The translations under genes were made by a program, and so were the position numbers. 64,000 nt of DNA from Octopus vulgaris (taxonomy: Eukaryota), in contig OX597828.1 in NCBI GenBank assembly GCA_951406725.2, positions 68,324,001 through 68,388,000 of the forward strand, given 5' to 3'. Positions 14,320 to 27,350 of the stretch are shown piece after piece; the first letter of the stretch is position 1; every line of letters starts with the position of its first letter. Below the pieces are notes generated by a model that had not been told where the DNA came from, did no database searches, and saw nothing but the letters and a program-made list of their open reading frames with translations.

Positions 14320-14950
14320 CTTTTGTCTTTTATTCATTTCGGTCATGAGACTGCAGCCATGCTGGGGCACTGCCTTGAAACATTTTTAGTCAAATGAATT
14401 GGCCCCAGCACACATCATCATCGTCGTTTAACATCCGCTTTCCATGCTAGCATGGGTTGGACGGTTTGACTGTGGGCTGGCGAAACCAGATGGCTGCACC
14501 AGGCTCCTGTCTTGATCTGGCAGAGTTTCTACAGCTGGATGCCCTTCCTAACGCCAACCACTCTGAGAGTGTAGTGGATGCTTTTACGTGCCACCAGCAC
14601 GGGGGCCAGTCAGGCAGTACTGACAACAACATCGCTTGAATTTTTTTTTTACACATGCCAACAGCACAGGTGCCAGTAAGGCGAAACCTGGTACTTATTC
14701 TTTTAGTCTCTTTTGCCAAATTGCTAAGTTACAGGGATGTAAACATACCAACACCAATTGTCAAGCAGTAGTGGGAGACAAACACACACACACACATAGC
14801 AAGCTTTCAGTTTGTCTTCCAAATCCACTAACAAGGATTTGGTTGGCCAAAGGCTATAGTCGAAAACACTTGCCCAAGGTTCCTCACAATGGGACTGAAC
14901 CTGGAACCATGTAGTTACGAAGCAAGCTTCTTACCAGAGCCATGCCTGCA
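14320..14950 (-). mobile_element. Family B SINE interrupted by a family C element (14414-14690)
   Basis: Family B 3' part (gccatgctggggcactgcc) and 5' part (cacttgcccaagg..gggactgaacc) flank a (CAT)n-tailed element. Confidence 0.75.
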
Positions 14951-15846
14951 CCTATCAACCATTTTGTATTTTATTGTACCACTACACTGAAGAGACTGTC
15001 TGCCATCACCAAAGTGTCTTCTCTATTCTGTCTAATTGGTGGTATTCAGAGCTTTTACTCTTCTAGGTTGCCTTCACTAATGCCGACAAGACACGTCTTG
15101 AAGCACTCTCATCGCAAATGATCACATCTTGTCCCCGTGTGTGTACATTGAACTCACAACGAACAGTAAAAAGTACTCACTACAAATAGGAGTCTTTGTT
15201 AATTAATCTGCAGCTACACCTGTATATATAAACAAAAACATATACCAGTGTCTTCTAAATTTGCTTTAGTTTCACTTAACAGGAAGAAACAATGTAAAAG
15301 TCTGCAATATGTATGTGTGACTTCGGATATGATACAGGTGGTAAACCGATTCATTGAACAAAAATACCTGGTGGAAATTACTGTGAACTAGTGAATGACC
15401 TGAGAAATTTACAGCCAATTAGATTATTGGTTCATAAAATGAGTGACATATACAAATAGCTGAGAAAACCAAAAAGCAATATTAAAAATGGTCCTCATTA
15501 CATTAGGATGGATCCAGACATTGATGACAAGAGAAACTAGGATTTGTGGACGAGGTAAAGAACTGTATAATAGAGACAGCATTAAGGGAGTGGAGTTTGG
15601 AGAGGGGAGAAAAAGATGTTGGTTATTAGTACACAAAAGGTAGAGACGAGAGGGACGGACTTGACTACTTAGAAAAATGAGATGAGACAAGAGGATAAAA
15701 CAGGTCAAAAGACATCTCTTCATATGGCAGCATGATATAGAGAATGAAAAAGAATGGTTAGAGGGAGAATGATAAAGAGATGACGAGTTATACACAACCA
15801 GAACAACATATTGGGCAAGAGACACAAATACACGACTCATTATTAA

Positions 15847-15876
15847 TGTGTATGTGCGCGTATGTATGTATGTATG

Positions 15877-15926
<50 letters not shown>

Positions 15927-15936
15927 CACACACACA
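15847..15936. repeat. Compound microsatellite (TATG)n(TA)n(CA)n
   Basis: Directly visible; similar arrays at 18290-18350, 40138-40185, 54318-54515 and 54730-54805. Confidence 0.95.
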
Positions 15937-16427
15937 CTTTATTTAAAATGTGAAACTCCAAGTAACAGCTTTTGTTATATTTCTGCTGCTTTTATATAAA
16001 GCATATTACTCTACCTCTGGTATTTGAGTACTCTTTTTTCCACCTTGTTTCACATTTATGTGCTTACTCCGGTATATATATATATACATATATATATAGT
16101 ATGCTTAAATATTTGTTGTGCAAGATTTATAACAATATATATATATATAAACTGTAGTTAACACAATGGTATTTAGTAAATACCATCAATTAGAAGTCAA
16201 TCACTTCAGATTTCAAGGCAGAAAACTGAAAAATATACATTGCTAATTTGAAATGCTTCAAGTGCAAGTGTGTATGTGAGCACCTCACTAAATATGACAA
16301 TATTTACACAACTTTTGCATTGAAGACTTTTCCCTCTTGCTTGTGAACTCAAATACACACATATAAAAGACAAATTTAATTTATTAAAAAAAACTGTATA
16401 AACAATTTAACACAAATATAATGGTTA

Positions 16428-16939
16428 TCTATATATATAAAACTGTAGTTGTGTGAGTGTCTGTCCCCTTCGATTTAAATTCCTTACTCCCACATTTTGC
16501 GGTGCAGTTTAACCAAATTCGGGTATCTTATAGTCGTGATTCATATCGAGCCCGTCTGAATATTAGCGCGCGTCTACGATGAGTCTACGATTTTAAAAAT
16601 AATTTAACATCATTTTTTTATTCCATTTTAATGCATAATTTTTCGTGTGTCGATGGCGGCAGAGTTGGCGTCCATGGTCACACCTGCACCTGTGTTGCTT
16701 CTCCCCCTTCTTCCCTCCCTCGTGAAGCTGTGGAGAAGGGAGTGTAAGGAAATCAACGTCGTAAAGCGTTGTCAAGGAGACCAGCGTTCTTTTAGAACAA
16801 CGACTTCATGGCTTGAAGACACCAAAACAGAAATGGCTAAGAAAGCCCGAATTGGCATCTATAAGGGAAGTAACTCTCTAAAAATGCTTATATAGTTATT
16901 TCCCTTACAAACCCGAGCAACGCCGGGCGATATTGCTAG
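16428..16939 (+). mobile_element. Non-autonomous Helitron-like element
   Basis: A|TCTATATATATAAAA start; 3' hairpin cccgagcaacgccggg followed by CTAG|T; related end at 24832-24861. Confidence 0.75.
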
Positions 16940-18081
16940 TATATAATATAGAATTACATGAAAAAAGGTTACATGTTTATCTTTCATAGTTAAGAGGTAA
17001 GAATTCTCTTTTTACATAGAAAATCCTGACTTTTCCCCCCTCAGCATTGGCTAACTGCAAGACTAATTAATATTTGACCCCAGATCAACTGCTATCAAGT
17101 AGACATGATCAAAAGTATTCCAACTGTGTGGGGTTTTTTTTACAGTTGTTGAGAACTACATGTAGATAACACTAAAAGGATTAAGTGATTCTAGTGAAAG
17201 AGTTACTATTTCTCACAAGTGAAGGGCCCAAAGCTTGGAACATAAGTATAACATGTTTATGCGTGTGGGCATGTGCAACAGCCATCTGTATGTACTGCAT
17301 AATGTGTAAATATGAATGCAACAAGACATATATAAACAATTGTAAAAATATAAGTTTGTATAGTCACTCAGTCTGACACACATAATAGTTAAATATCCCT
17401 CAAACTTGGCCCAAGCCTTCAAAAATAACGACACATTGAGCACTTATAGTCCTAGATAATTTTAACATGAAAAGAGAATGGCCCTGGCTTTGATCAATGT
17501 TTAGGACTGACCTATGACTAATACAACTAAAAAAAAGCATATCTGAGTTAATGAGACAAAACTTTGAGATCATTCAGGCTGTTAAAGAAAAGTCATACTT
17601 AACCCTTTCGTTACCAACCCGGCTCTGAAACTGTAGTACAAATGTCTTGTTTTCATAAGTTTTGAATTCAAATCTTCCACCAGACCTTTGTCACAATTTA
17701 TGTTCCCAACACTAGCTTAATGATTTATTTTTTGGAACTATTATTGTGCGATTTAAGGGCTGTTGTTTTTTATGTATTATGTTTTTCATGTATTAAATGG
17801 TGGTTGTGAGATGTGCTAAAAATAATAGGTATATAGGCCTTAATCACACACCAAATTTGTTTTCTTTGCAGAATCATATTAATTTCTGTGTGTAGAATAC
17901 AAATTCACAAAAATTTTCTGAAATTTTCAAAAGATAAAATGTTATGAGGGGTTATATGGTGTGCATAAAGCAGAATTCTGCCAATATTTCATTCGTTTAC
18001 AGTCGACTATACATGATGTCACACAGAAAACGACAGCTTCCAAATCCTGTTTTCTGACTGGGTAAAAATGATTAAACCCCT

Positions 18082-18301
18082 TTACTCTTTTACTTGTTTC
18101 AGTCATTTGACTGCGGCCATGCTGGAGCACCGCCTTTAGTCGAGCAAATCGACCCTGGGACTTATTCTTTGTAAGCCTAGTACTTATTCTATTGGTCTCT
18201 TTTGCCGAACCACTAAGTTACAGGGACGTAAACACACCAGCATTGGTTGTCAAGCGATGTTGGGGGGACAAACACAGACACACAAACATATACACACACA
18301 C

Positions 18302-18350
<49 letters not shown>

Positions 18351-18410
18351 ACGGGCTTCTTTTCAGTTTCTGTCTACCAAATCCACTCACAAGGCTTTGG
18401 TCGGCCCGAC
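18082..18410 (-). mobile_element. Family B SINE (5'-truncated) with internal (TA)n
   Basis: Reverse complement of the copies at 43214-43995. Confidence 0.85.
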
Positions 18411-19171
18411 TGAAACAAGTAAAACAAAACAAAAATATACCTCATTGAAATGTATAAAGAAAGTGAATGCATGTGAATTACCCGATCTCATCCCAAATGT
18501 TTGTGATATCAAATTCCAACACAACCACAAGCTGCAGCACCAGGACCATATTTGTAGAAACAAAAATTATTACCCTATTTTCAGAAAGTTATGAAGAAAC
18601 AAATCGAGGTGTGAATTATCCAAAACTCCACTTCAAAAAATATTTCACAACAAATTTGGAAAATATTCTGGTCTAAGCACCCCATACAACCCCTCATAAC
18701 TTTTTTTATTTTTTGGAACTATTATTGTGCGATTTAAGGGCTGTTGTTTTTAACGCATCCCACGACCACCTCATATCTTCCTTGTTTCTTTGTCACTTTG
18801 ACATATGTTTTTCAATATTTTTCACCCCAAAAACACATTTCATGGAATGATGATGCACCTAAGGGTGACTTATTGCTGGGATTTAAGCAAAAAACTTCGG
18901 TTAATGTTAAATCTAACCCCAGGCCACCAAAACAAAAAAAAAAAGGCGGTATTAAACGAAATGAAAACCAAAATGTGCGCCAACTAATCGATTACTCAGC
19001 AGAGGAAAAGATCATTCTGGACCCGGATAGTGTTGCAGCCTCCGATAGAACTGCGGGCGGGGTTAATAATTTCTGGGTTATTCGTGCCACTGGACGGCTG
19101 TGTCTCTGCTAACATTGCTAATGGACTTTGTTATTGGATAACCGAATTAATTCCATTGTGAAAAATCCAAG

Positions 19172-19400
19172 GGGGCTAATGCAGTTTCGTACCTCTCCTT
19201 GAAAAATGTTTTGTTTTTTTTTTTATATTTTTTCGGATTCCTTTTCGAAAAAAGTTCTAGATTTAAACGGGGGGGGGGGGGAGCATTAAAAATTTTTTTT
19301 CGCATATTCGTATTCTCCGACACCTAAAACGTAGGAATCCGAAAAAAATATTTTCAAAAAAATGCATTTTAAAGGAGAGATGTGAAACTGCATTAGCCCC
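19172..19400. mobile_element. MITE with GG termini and 8-bp TSD (Merlin-like)
   Basis: TIR GGGGCTAATGCAGTTTC...GAAACTGCATTAGCCCC; TSD aatccaag/aaaccaag (7/8). Confidence 0.75.
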
Positions 19401-19906
19401 AAACCAAGAATTAAAACAAACTAAAAATTCGAAAAACAGTGCAAAGTTTTAGAATTAGGGGAGTGTGGGTAGGTAAAATATTTCTTTAAAAAATTTTTTA
19501 TGGATAATATCCATTATGCAAAAGACATTCCATACAACCCTAATCTAAACCATCTATAAAATATCTCTCTGGAAAATTTTGTTAGAATTAAGCATTTTCC
19601 AGAAAGTTATAAAGAAAAAAGGACGGGGAGAGGTGCACACATCTTTAATTATGCCCTAAGTATTAACAAATTCTTGTTTTTCTCTTTATTCAATTTTTAT
19701 GTCGTATGCAAAAAATTTTTTACAAAATTGCAAAAGTGTGGAAAAAATGTAATTTTGGGGAGAGAGAGAAGAAATGAATAAACACGTGGTAAATATGGTT
19801 TCTTTACTTTTTATATCGATTTTACAGAAATAGGATCGATTTTACAGAACGGCAAATATATAGGGGAAAAATACATGAAAAGTAACGAAAGACACCCCCA
19901 GAGGAG

Positions 19907-20254
19907 GGTACTACTAGCGAACAGTGGTCCCGGTCCGCGCCAGCTAGTCGTAAGTAGTCGATCCTACAACGACTTTGCGCCTATGTTTGTATTTCAAGGC
20001 TGAATACATATCAAAGAAAATTAAATAATATTTTTCGAATAAAGTAAATAAAACGCAAAATAAATCATTTTTTAAACTATGTAAATAAATTATTTTTTAA
20101 AACAATGTATATAACTTTTTTTACACAAATTAAATAAAACACAAAGTAGGGTTAGGTTTAGGGTTAAAAAGTCGTTGTAGGATCGATTACTTTACGACCA
20201 GCTAGAGCGGATGTGCGAGTGCGCGCACCGGGACCACTGTTCGCTAGTAGTACC
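19907..20254. mobile_element. Merlin-like MITE (GGTACTACTAGCG family)
   Basis: TIR GGTACTACTAGCGAACAGTGGTCCCGG; TSD cagaggag/cagaggaa; internal TTAGGG-like units. Confidence 0.8.
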
Positions 20255-20673
20255 CAGAGGAATTTAAAACTGTTTTGTTTTTTTTTATGTAAATTCAGTA
20301 TTTCAAACAGTGGAATATATTTTATTATTATGGCCGGGTTCAATGACGAAAATTAACGAAAACAGTAAAAAAAATTTAATCTTGAAAGTTATTGCAAAGT
20401 TTAGGGTTGGTGAAGAAGAAGGGGGGAGGGAGGGGTTGAAAAACATGGCTTTTGAAGAAGAAAAATGTATAATAAGCGATTTACGAGTGTTTTTTGCAAT
20501 GTGACATGTATATAAAATGTGGAAAACAATCCCAAGAAATTCCATTTTATTCGTGACGGACATTCTGAAAGTTCGGACAGATACATGCATGCATGGTCAC
20601 GACTGGAACGCTTTTGATAAGAAAACAACACAAAACTACAAGAACTTTTTTTTTTAATATGTTTTGCACTTAC

Positions 20674-20853
20674 CTCCGGGGGTAATGCCGCTGTGGCTGT
20701 TAAATTGGTTGTTGTTGCAGCAGCCAAAGCGGCTGTTGATGATGATGATGATGGTGATGTCGATGTTATTGATGAGGTTAGTGGAAGTGTTGGTGAGACA
20801 ACAGGAGTACTGGACAAGGCAGAAACCAGGGTGCAGGGGTTGGTAGCCATCAT
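20674..20853 (-). CDS. CSTF3: Candidate first coding exon of CSTF3 (60 aa, S/T/A/P-rich)
   Basis: aacaagATGATGGCT start; open for 60 codons (MMATNPCTLV...AALPPE); ends at a consensus GAG|GTAAGT donor in phase 0, compatible with the 926-1027 exon; lies just downstream of a promoter-like region. No homology support. Confidence 0.62.
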
Positions 20854-21416
20854 CTTGTTTGTGGTTGAATATGGATATATATATATATATATTGGTTTTC
20901 TAGTTCGATAATCGATCACTTACGACTGTGTTTCAACGTGTATGAAGAAAGGAGTGGGTGTTTAGGTAGAAAAACACTGTTTTAGATACAAATATATAAA
21001 TTTTAGTGTTGTGTGTTATACGTAGGTGTATGTTAAACGTTGTGTATTTGAATGTAGAGATTGAAATTAGATTCTATATGAGATCGGCAAAATACTTAAG
21101 GACCACTGTTCGCTAGTAGTACCCACAATTTGTCTAGGAGAGAAAAAAGGGAGACATTACCTTGGAAAAGGACAAAAAAAAAAGGAAAAACGGGGAACGA
21201 GAAAACAAAAGAAATTAAAATTTGAATTCTGTGGGATTTCACATATGTTGGTAGATATCAGGTGGAAGAAAAGAGAGATTCGTGAGATGTGGTTAAAAGT
21301 GGGGAGATAGAGAAACATAAAACAGCCCCCCAAAAAAAAGAGAGAGAGAGAGAGAAGAATTAATAAAGTCTTTGTTTTCGCTCCATGGAAGAAGTAATTA
21401 GGTTTTGGTTACTTAC

Positions 21417-21620
21417 AGATCATCTTGATGGCCGGGAGGGGGGAGAAAGGAGGAGAAATTGGGAGGATAAAGGAGGAAAAAAATGTGGTGTATGTGTGCG
21501 TTTGGTTCGTGTTTCTTGGGTTAAGCCTTACTACGGATTCTAGAAGTAATCTTTGCCGTTGTTTGTGAGTGGGGAAGAATATTATTTGATGAATAAAAAG
21601 CCAAAGTCACTGCAACAAAA
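21417..21620 (-). other. CSTF3: Candidate 5' UTR exon of CSTF3 (5' boundary uncertain)
   Basis: Minus-strand donor GATCT|GTAAGT at 21417/21416, just downstream of the NRF1-like promoter motif. Confidence 0.4.
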
Positions 21621-21680
21621 TGGTCACCGGATAGTCAGGCTTCTGCGCATGCGTGCCGCTGTCATTAACCGGATGTCGGT
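21610..21680. promoter_or_regulatory. Probable CSTF3 housekeeping promoter
   Basis: TGCGCATGCG (NRF1/EWG-like) at 21644-21653, AAAATGGT (YY1-like) and CCGGAT motifs, with local CpG enrichment upstream of the candidate first exons. Confidence 0.5.
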
Positions 21681-21917
21681 AATTTTAGAACAGTTTTATA
21701 GTCAGGGAATGCTTGTGTTAGAAATAATAAATCGACTTTACTCTTGCTTTAATTTATATGACCACGAAAGGCAAAGTTTGTCCCCACCCAACGTTATTTG
21801 GAATGAGAATGTCAAAATCCGTTGCTAAATATCACAAAGCATTTGACAGATGCTCCCCGCCATTAGTATTCCCTCCACCATGTCACGTCAGCTTTGTGCT
21901 TAAAAAATGTTCCAACT

Positions 21918-22291
21918 TAAACTAACTTGTCTTTTTCAAAGTATTACCGTATTTTTAACAACATTATCTATAAAATCCCTTTTTTTTTTTTGAGAATTGC
22001 AGAGTATGGTTTGAGGATTATTTAGTTTCTTTTTCTAGCATATGGGTGGTGCCAATCCAGTTTCGCTTTTCACCAAAGCAATTCCACTTTTTACACTTTT
22101 GCTGTAAACTAACTTGTCTTTTTCAAAGTATTACCGTATTTTTAACAACATTATCTATAAAATACCTTTTTTTTTTTGAGAATTGCAGAGTATGGTTTGA
22201 GGATTATTTAGTTTCTATTTCTAGCATATGGGTGGTGCCAATCCAGTTTCGCTTTTCACCAAAGCAATTCCACTTTTTACACTTTTGCTGT
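21918..22291. repeat. 187-bp tandem duplication upstream of the CSTF3 promoter
   Basis: Units begin taaactaacttgtc at 21918 and 22105 and are nearly identical. Confidence 0.92.
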
Positions 22292-23176
22292 AGTTTTCAT
22301 TCCACATACACAAGCTTCACGTCACTTGAACTTTCCAGAGAAATCTAGTTGTCATTTTGATCTGATCGAGCGACCGCTCACTCCCACCAGACCTTCCCTC
22401 CCTTTCTTTATTTTCCAACAATTTCGTCAGATTCCTATGTTTTCGATATCGGAGATTACGATTTTGCCAAAATAAACATGTTTTCAAGATGTTAATTTCC
22501 TCCCTCCCACCCACTTTTTTTCACATTTTTTTTCGAATTTTTTCTATTAATTAACGAGAGAAGTGCAGATATTACAAATTTGGAAAAAATACAAGCAATT
22601 TCAAATTTTCTTAGAAAACATCCTGTGTTGCCCCTCCACACCCCTTCCTGTTTTCTAAACGCACAAAACTCGGGTATGTTTTACCTATTGGATATATTCT
22701 TTTGTGCCATGCACAGATTTCTCCTGAAACAACAGACGATAAAATATCAACACCTCACCAGAAAACTAGATATGCTAGAAACAACAGCTGGAAAATATTT
22801 TTCGTCACCTAACGATACTCCCCTCCCCCGATTTTTTTTTGTTACAATCTACTCAGCTTACGGAATAAGGTGAACTTGTGACAATTGAAAAAAGTATGGG
22901 CAAATCATTGTTACACACAAAAAAAAATCATCTTCGTTTTACAAATCTCATATGATAGATAAAAGATGTAATCTACAGCTAAAAGCTTCAAATTCTGAGG
23001 GGTTTTATTTATTTTATGCAATTTCTGAGAAATTTAGTAAAATCCTGTAATTTGGGGATATTTTAGTTATCTATTTTATTTTATGTAAGATAAGATTTTT
23101 AAATAAGCTTGTCACAAATTGCAAAATGAAAAAGTAAATCATAATTTCAATTGGAGTTGAGCCATAATTTTGCAGT

Positions 23177-23475
23177 GGAGGCACATGGCCTAGTGGTTAG
23201 AGCAGCAGACTCACTGTCTAAGGATTGTGGGTTCGAATCTCAGACCGGGCGAGGTGTGTGTTTATGAGCGAAACACCTAAGCTTTGGCAGTAGGTAATGG
23301 CAAAACTTCTGCTGATTCTTTCACCACAACTTTCTCTCACTCATTCCTCCTGCATCTTGCAGCTCACCTGTGACGGACCAGCATCCCGTTCAGATGGGGA
23401 ACTTATACGCCAAGAAACCGGGAAACCGGCCCTTATGAGCCAGGCATGGCTCGAGAAGGAACAAACGACAACAGC
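23177..23475 (+). mobile_element. tRNA-derived SINE (third family) with (CAA)-like tail
   Basis: A-box TGGCCTAGTGG, B-box GGTTCGAATC, about 220 bp body, acaaacgacaacagc tail. Confidence 0.8.
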
Positions 23476-23522
23476 ATAATTTTGCACATGCGCGCAACAA
23501 AGATTTCTGATGAATATACATA

Positions 23523-23717
23523 CAGTAAATCCCTTGCAATATTTTGGTTTACTATTTAAGCTTACATCGATTCCTTCGTGGTATTGTTTTGCATTTGATA
23601 AAATAGATATATACAAGTTATAAAAATATACAATACAGTACTGTTTCTACTTTGCGGATTTTCACCTATCGCGTGGGGTTTTGGAATGTAATACCCGTGT
23701 TAGTTGAGGGATTGCTT
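23523..23717. mobile_element. pogo/Tigger-like MITE remnant
   Basis: TA|CAGTAAATCCCT start and AGGGATT..C end. Confidence 0.5.
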
Positions 23718-24459
23718 GGCTCTGCCTGAGATTTGAAACCAAATTCATCCACTTATTGCTTGTCAAAGCAAGCAGGAAATCCTTTATTTACATCTCCACA
23801 CCAGATGATTAATGGGAAACACTTGACCTGTGCCAGTCAAGGAAAGGTCAGTCCTTTGTTTAGGATTTGACCAACATTCCTGGCCAGAGTCTATATAACA
23901 GACACCATTTCCTTTCTCACCCTCTTTTGTGTCAACCATGACAAGAGCAACACCTCCTTTTCATCCTTCACTTGACATACAAAGGGAAGATTTCAACCAA
24001 AATGGAGAAAGACGATGCCACCATTGCCCTTTTTTCCTGTCTTGTCTGCACCGTGCATTCCTTACTCTTCTTCTCTCTACTAGCAGACAGTAACTTCCAC
24101 ACTATCAACTACCAACCAGCGGGCGAACTTGTCACTACTATTATTACTATCTTACTAACCACTTGTCAAGCAAATAAAAAAATTTAAACAATATTCCTTC
24201 CTCTTTCTGGTGTTGTTTTTCAATGTTCTCCCCTTGTTACTCTGTCGCAAGAACCTCAAGTGTTAAAGCTACACACTGCTAATGCACTGGCTATTGATGT
24301 TATTCTTTGCCACATCTACACTTTACAATGTTGTCTATCACTTCAACAGTCGTCGTAATGTTACCTATTCTAGTCACAATTGGAGTCGTTACCTCTGCAC
24401 ATCAATAAGCATTACATAATCTTGCCACACTGATAACCCCTACGTGCAGATTCATCAGC

Positions 24460-24464
<5 letters not shown>

Positions 24465-24497
<33 letters not shown>

Positions 24498-24861
24498 CTG
24501 AAGTTGTCTGTGTATGGCAGGTTTGGTAGCCTTCAACTAACACTATCTCCTCTGAGACCCTGCAGCGCAAGTTGACCAAAATTGAGACTATGATAGAAGG
24601 CTTGCTCTTCCTTCCGTAGAAGAAAAAAATTCAAATCGGACCATGTTAACACCAAAAATTATTTACATCAAAAAGGTGCTTTTTTTCTATGAAAATTCCT
24701 ATTTTTTGACTGCTGTGTCGCCATTTTTCGTTGTATTTCAACCAGAAAAATGTTCACTTAAAGAGAATAACAAGCTACATAATGCAAAAATTTTACTTTT
24801 CAAAAATTCCAATTCTAAAGGGTTAAAACAAACCTGAGCAACACCAGGCGATACTGCTTGT
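24465..24861 (+). mobile_element. Non-autonomous Helitron-like element
   Basis: (TA)n-aaagctgaagttgtctg start; cctgagcaacaccagg hairpin and gcttgt (degenerate CTAGT) end. Confidence 0.6.
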
Positions 24862-25099
24862 ATATATATAAACCTCAACTTCCCATATAATTGCTGACAG
24901 AAATCTTGTATCCAAATAAGTTATCTTTTACACACCTTGTTTTTAATTCATTGGAATAATCCCAGTGATGTACTCCAAGTGTGGTCACTGACCATTGCAG
25001 ATTTCACACATACATCCACATGCACGTAATTAACGTGCAGTTTACCGTCGTAAAATAGTGAAAGTAAGTTTTTCTTTTTGTGATAAAAACTGAAACTAA

Positions 25100-27350
25100 T
25101 GACATCTTGTAATTTCATATAAACACTGCAATGTCATTGGCAGCAGCTGACCATTGTAGGTTGACTGTTTGTAGGTTGACTCTCTGGCAGGATCGCATGT
25201 GGGTGACAAGGCCTGCTCTTGAACTGCAGCAGTTATGACATCTGCCACAAACAAAGTTACTTGATGCAATGGAGAAGCAATGCCTTTCGTGTGCTCTTTT
25301 GCATTCGCTCTGTTGTTCTTCTCAATGACTGGAATAGCGAGCTTCAGTGAACAGTGCCATTCATCACACTGCTGGTGTCTGGAGAAAGTCAGAGTTTTTC
25401 TTATGTCTCTTCAGCATATCCCTGTATTGCAACTTCTGCCCACTATGGCTCCACCTGCTCTGACGCAATTCAGCATAGAAAACTGTCTTTCGGAGCCAGC
25501 TGCCTTCCATCCTGCAAACACCTAGTGCAGCTGTGATGAGTTAATGACAGTCTCCACACTAAATGCACCAGCACAGTGCAGGACCTCTTCATCAGAAATG
25601 CAATCCCAGCATCTGATATGCAAAATGGAGCACAGATGATGAAGATGGATTTGCGTCAAGGCCTTTATGAGCCTGCAGTAGATGACCAGGCATTTTGTGG
25701 TGTAAAGGAGGCAAGGGAGCACTGTAGTACTGCACACCTTTACCATTGTGTTATGAGCAACATCATGGCAGCTCTATTGAGAGCCAAAAGCTTGCGGTAG
25801 ACTGTATTCACCCCTCAACTCTGAGATCAGAAGAGCTAGTACAAATAACTGCACAATTGAGAAAGGTAAAGGCATCAGAGTACTTTAGGGGCTCTTCATA
25901 TACTGTCATTGACTCAAACTCTCTAGATCTATGAGGACTTCTTGGTGGAGTAGTTTAGTCTTCAAAGTATTGAACTTGAGACCACAAGCACTAAGTTGTC
26001 TATGTAGAGCAGCTCCCTGTCACACATTTTACCAACTTTGATGGAGGCACAAAGATGGAACAAGGTGAAGAGCTTTCCATCTGGTCTGATGTGGATAAAA
26101 ACCTCCTTGTGCAGATTGACCCTCATGGTGTCAAGCATAGCTGCAAGGTAAAGAGAGAAGTGTATGGGGCAAGCACACACTGCGATTAACTGCAAACGCT
26201 TCACTAAATTCTCCACCAACTGAGACTAGTCTTTTTTATTCTTGTGTGAAACTCCATAGGTCTCTAGCACTTTCCAAGAGTTTCTTGGTCTACCATGTCA
26301 AATGCTTTGAGGAAGTCCACAAATACTATGAAGAGGGGTTGGTGTTGCTTCACTGCTTGCTCCTGTAGTTGTTGCAGTGTGAAGATTAATGTCCATGATT
26401 GATCTCCCTGGCCTGAAACCATATTGACTCTCGGTTTAGATTCCTCAAAGATATTTTTTCAGCCATATGAGAATGATTTTCACTAGCACCTGGTCAGCAA
26501 TGGTCAACAAAGAAATACTCCAGTGGTTCCCACATTCTATTTAATTCCCCTTCTTTTTGTAAATGGTGACTATCAAGGCATCCTTGAAGTCCTGGGTACA
26601 CACTCATTAGAAAAACAAGTGCTGTACAGCCTCAATAGCTCATTGCAGAATTTTTACTCACCTTTTTGAGCACAACTGAGGGAATACCATCAAGGACTTA
26701 TACGTTGCAACTTGCTGTGGCCTTCAAGGCTTTCTCCAGCTCCTGTACAGGGATCTCATGGAAGAGGTCATCTCAGCTCTGGCATTATTCTAGCCTTCTG
26801 AAGATGTCTAGTTGGATGGATCCTTGCTGATTGAACAGGTTACAGAAATGGTTCTTCCACCTAGCTCTGACATCTTGGAGGTTGGAGTGCAGTTTGGTCC
26901 CTTCTGCTGACTTGATTGGTGCCATTGCGTTGTTCCTGGGTTCATAGTTGGCTTTCAGTCTCATAAACTGTGGTAGTCATGCTTGTCAGCTATGCTCTGC
27001 AAAGCTTCTGCCTGTTTGTACCAAGACCTGCATATGAAGTATATCAAAGATATCTTTCGTATGCAGGTCTTGGATATCATCAGATATCAAAGATGTTTCA
27101 TGAAATTTTGGTATATTACTATTGTAGTGGATGCTTAGTGAAAACTTCTCTCTCTGACATATATAACATAAATATGGACGTAGCAGATAACAGCTAACTT
27201 TCGACTGCTTGGGCCCCGTTGTGTCCACTACTCTGATTGGTTGGTATTGGTGCAGTTTGTCTCTTGCTTTATTTCATGCCAGTGTGCGACCCAACTAATC
27301 ACAGCCTTCTGATAAGGTCCTGTGACACAGTCTTCTAAATTCTCTGCTGG
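25100..27350 (-). mobile_element. Decayed RTE/BovB-like LINE
   Basis: IRPDGKLFTLFHLCASIKV..RELLYIDN (LLYADD region), HLHHLCSILHIRCWDCISDEEVL and an FVDFxKAFD-like motif, with many frameshifts. Confidence 0.85.

Noticed and set aside
15424-15933. 169-aa ORF and similar YI/CV-rich ORFs (18192-18594, 54195-54570)
   Set aside because: Products of (TA)n/(CA)n microsatellites and SINEs.
17723-18752. About 45-bp direct repeat at 17723 and 18705
   Set aside because: Appears to be part of fragmented DNA-transposon sequence; no independent function is evident.
20693-20911. Plus-strand acidic ORF (DDDDDGD)
   Set aside because: Antisense reading of the (TCA)n repeat in the candidate CSTF3 exon.
23177-23250. 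tRNA-like sequence with A and B boxes
   Set aside because: The acceptor and anticodon stems do not pair well, and it continues into a SINE body and tail; it is a SINE head, not a tRNA gene.
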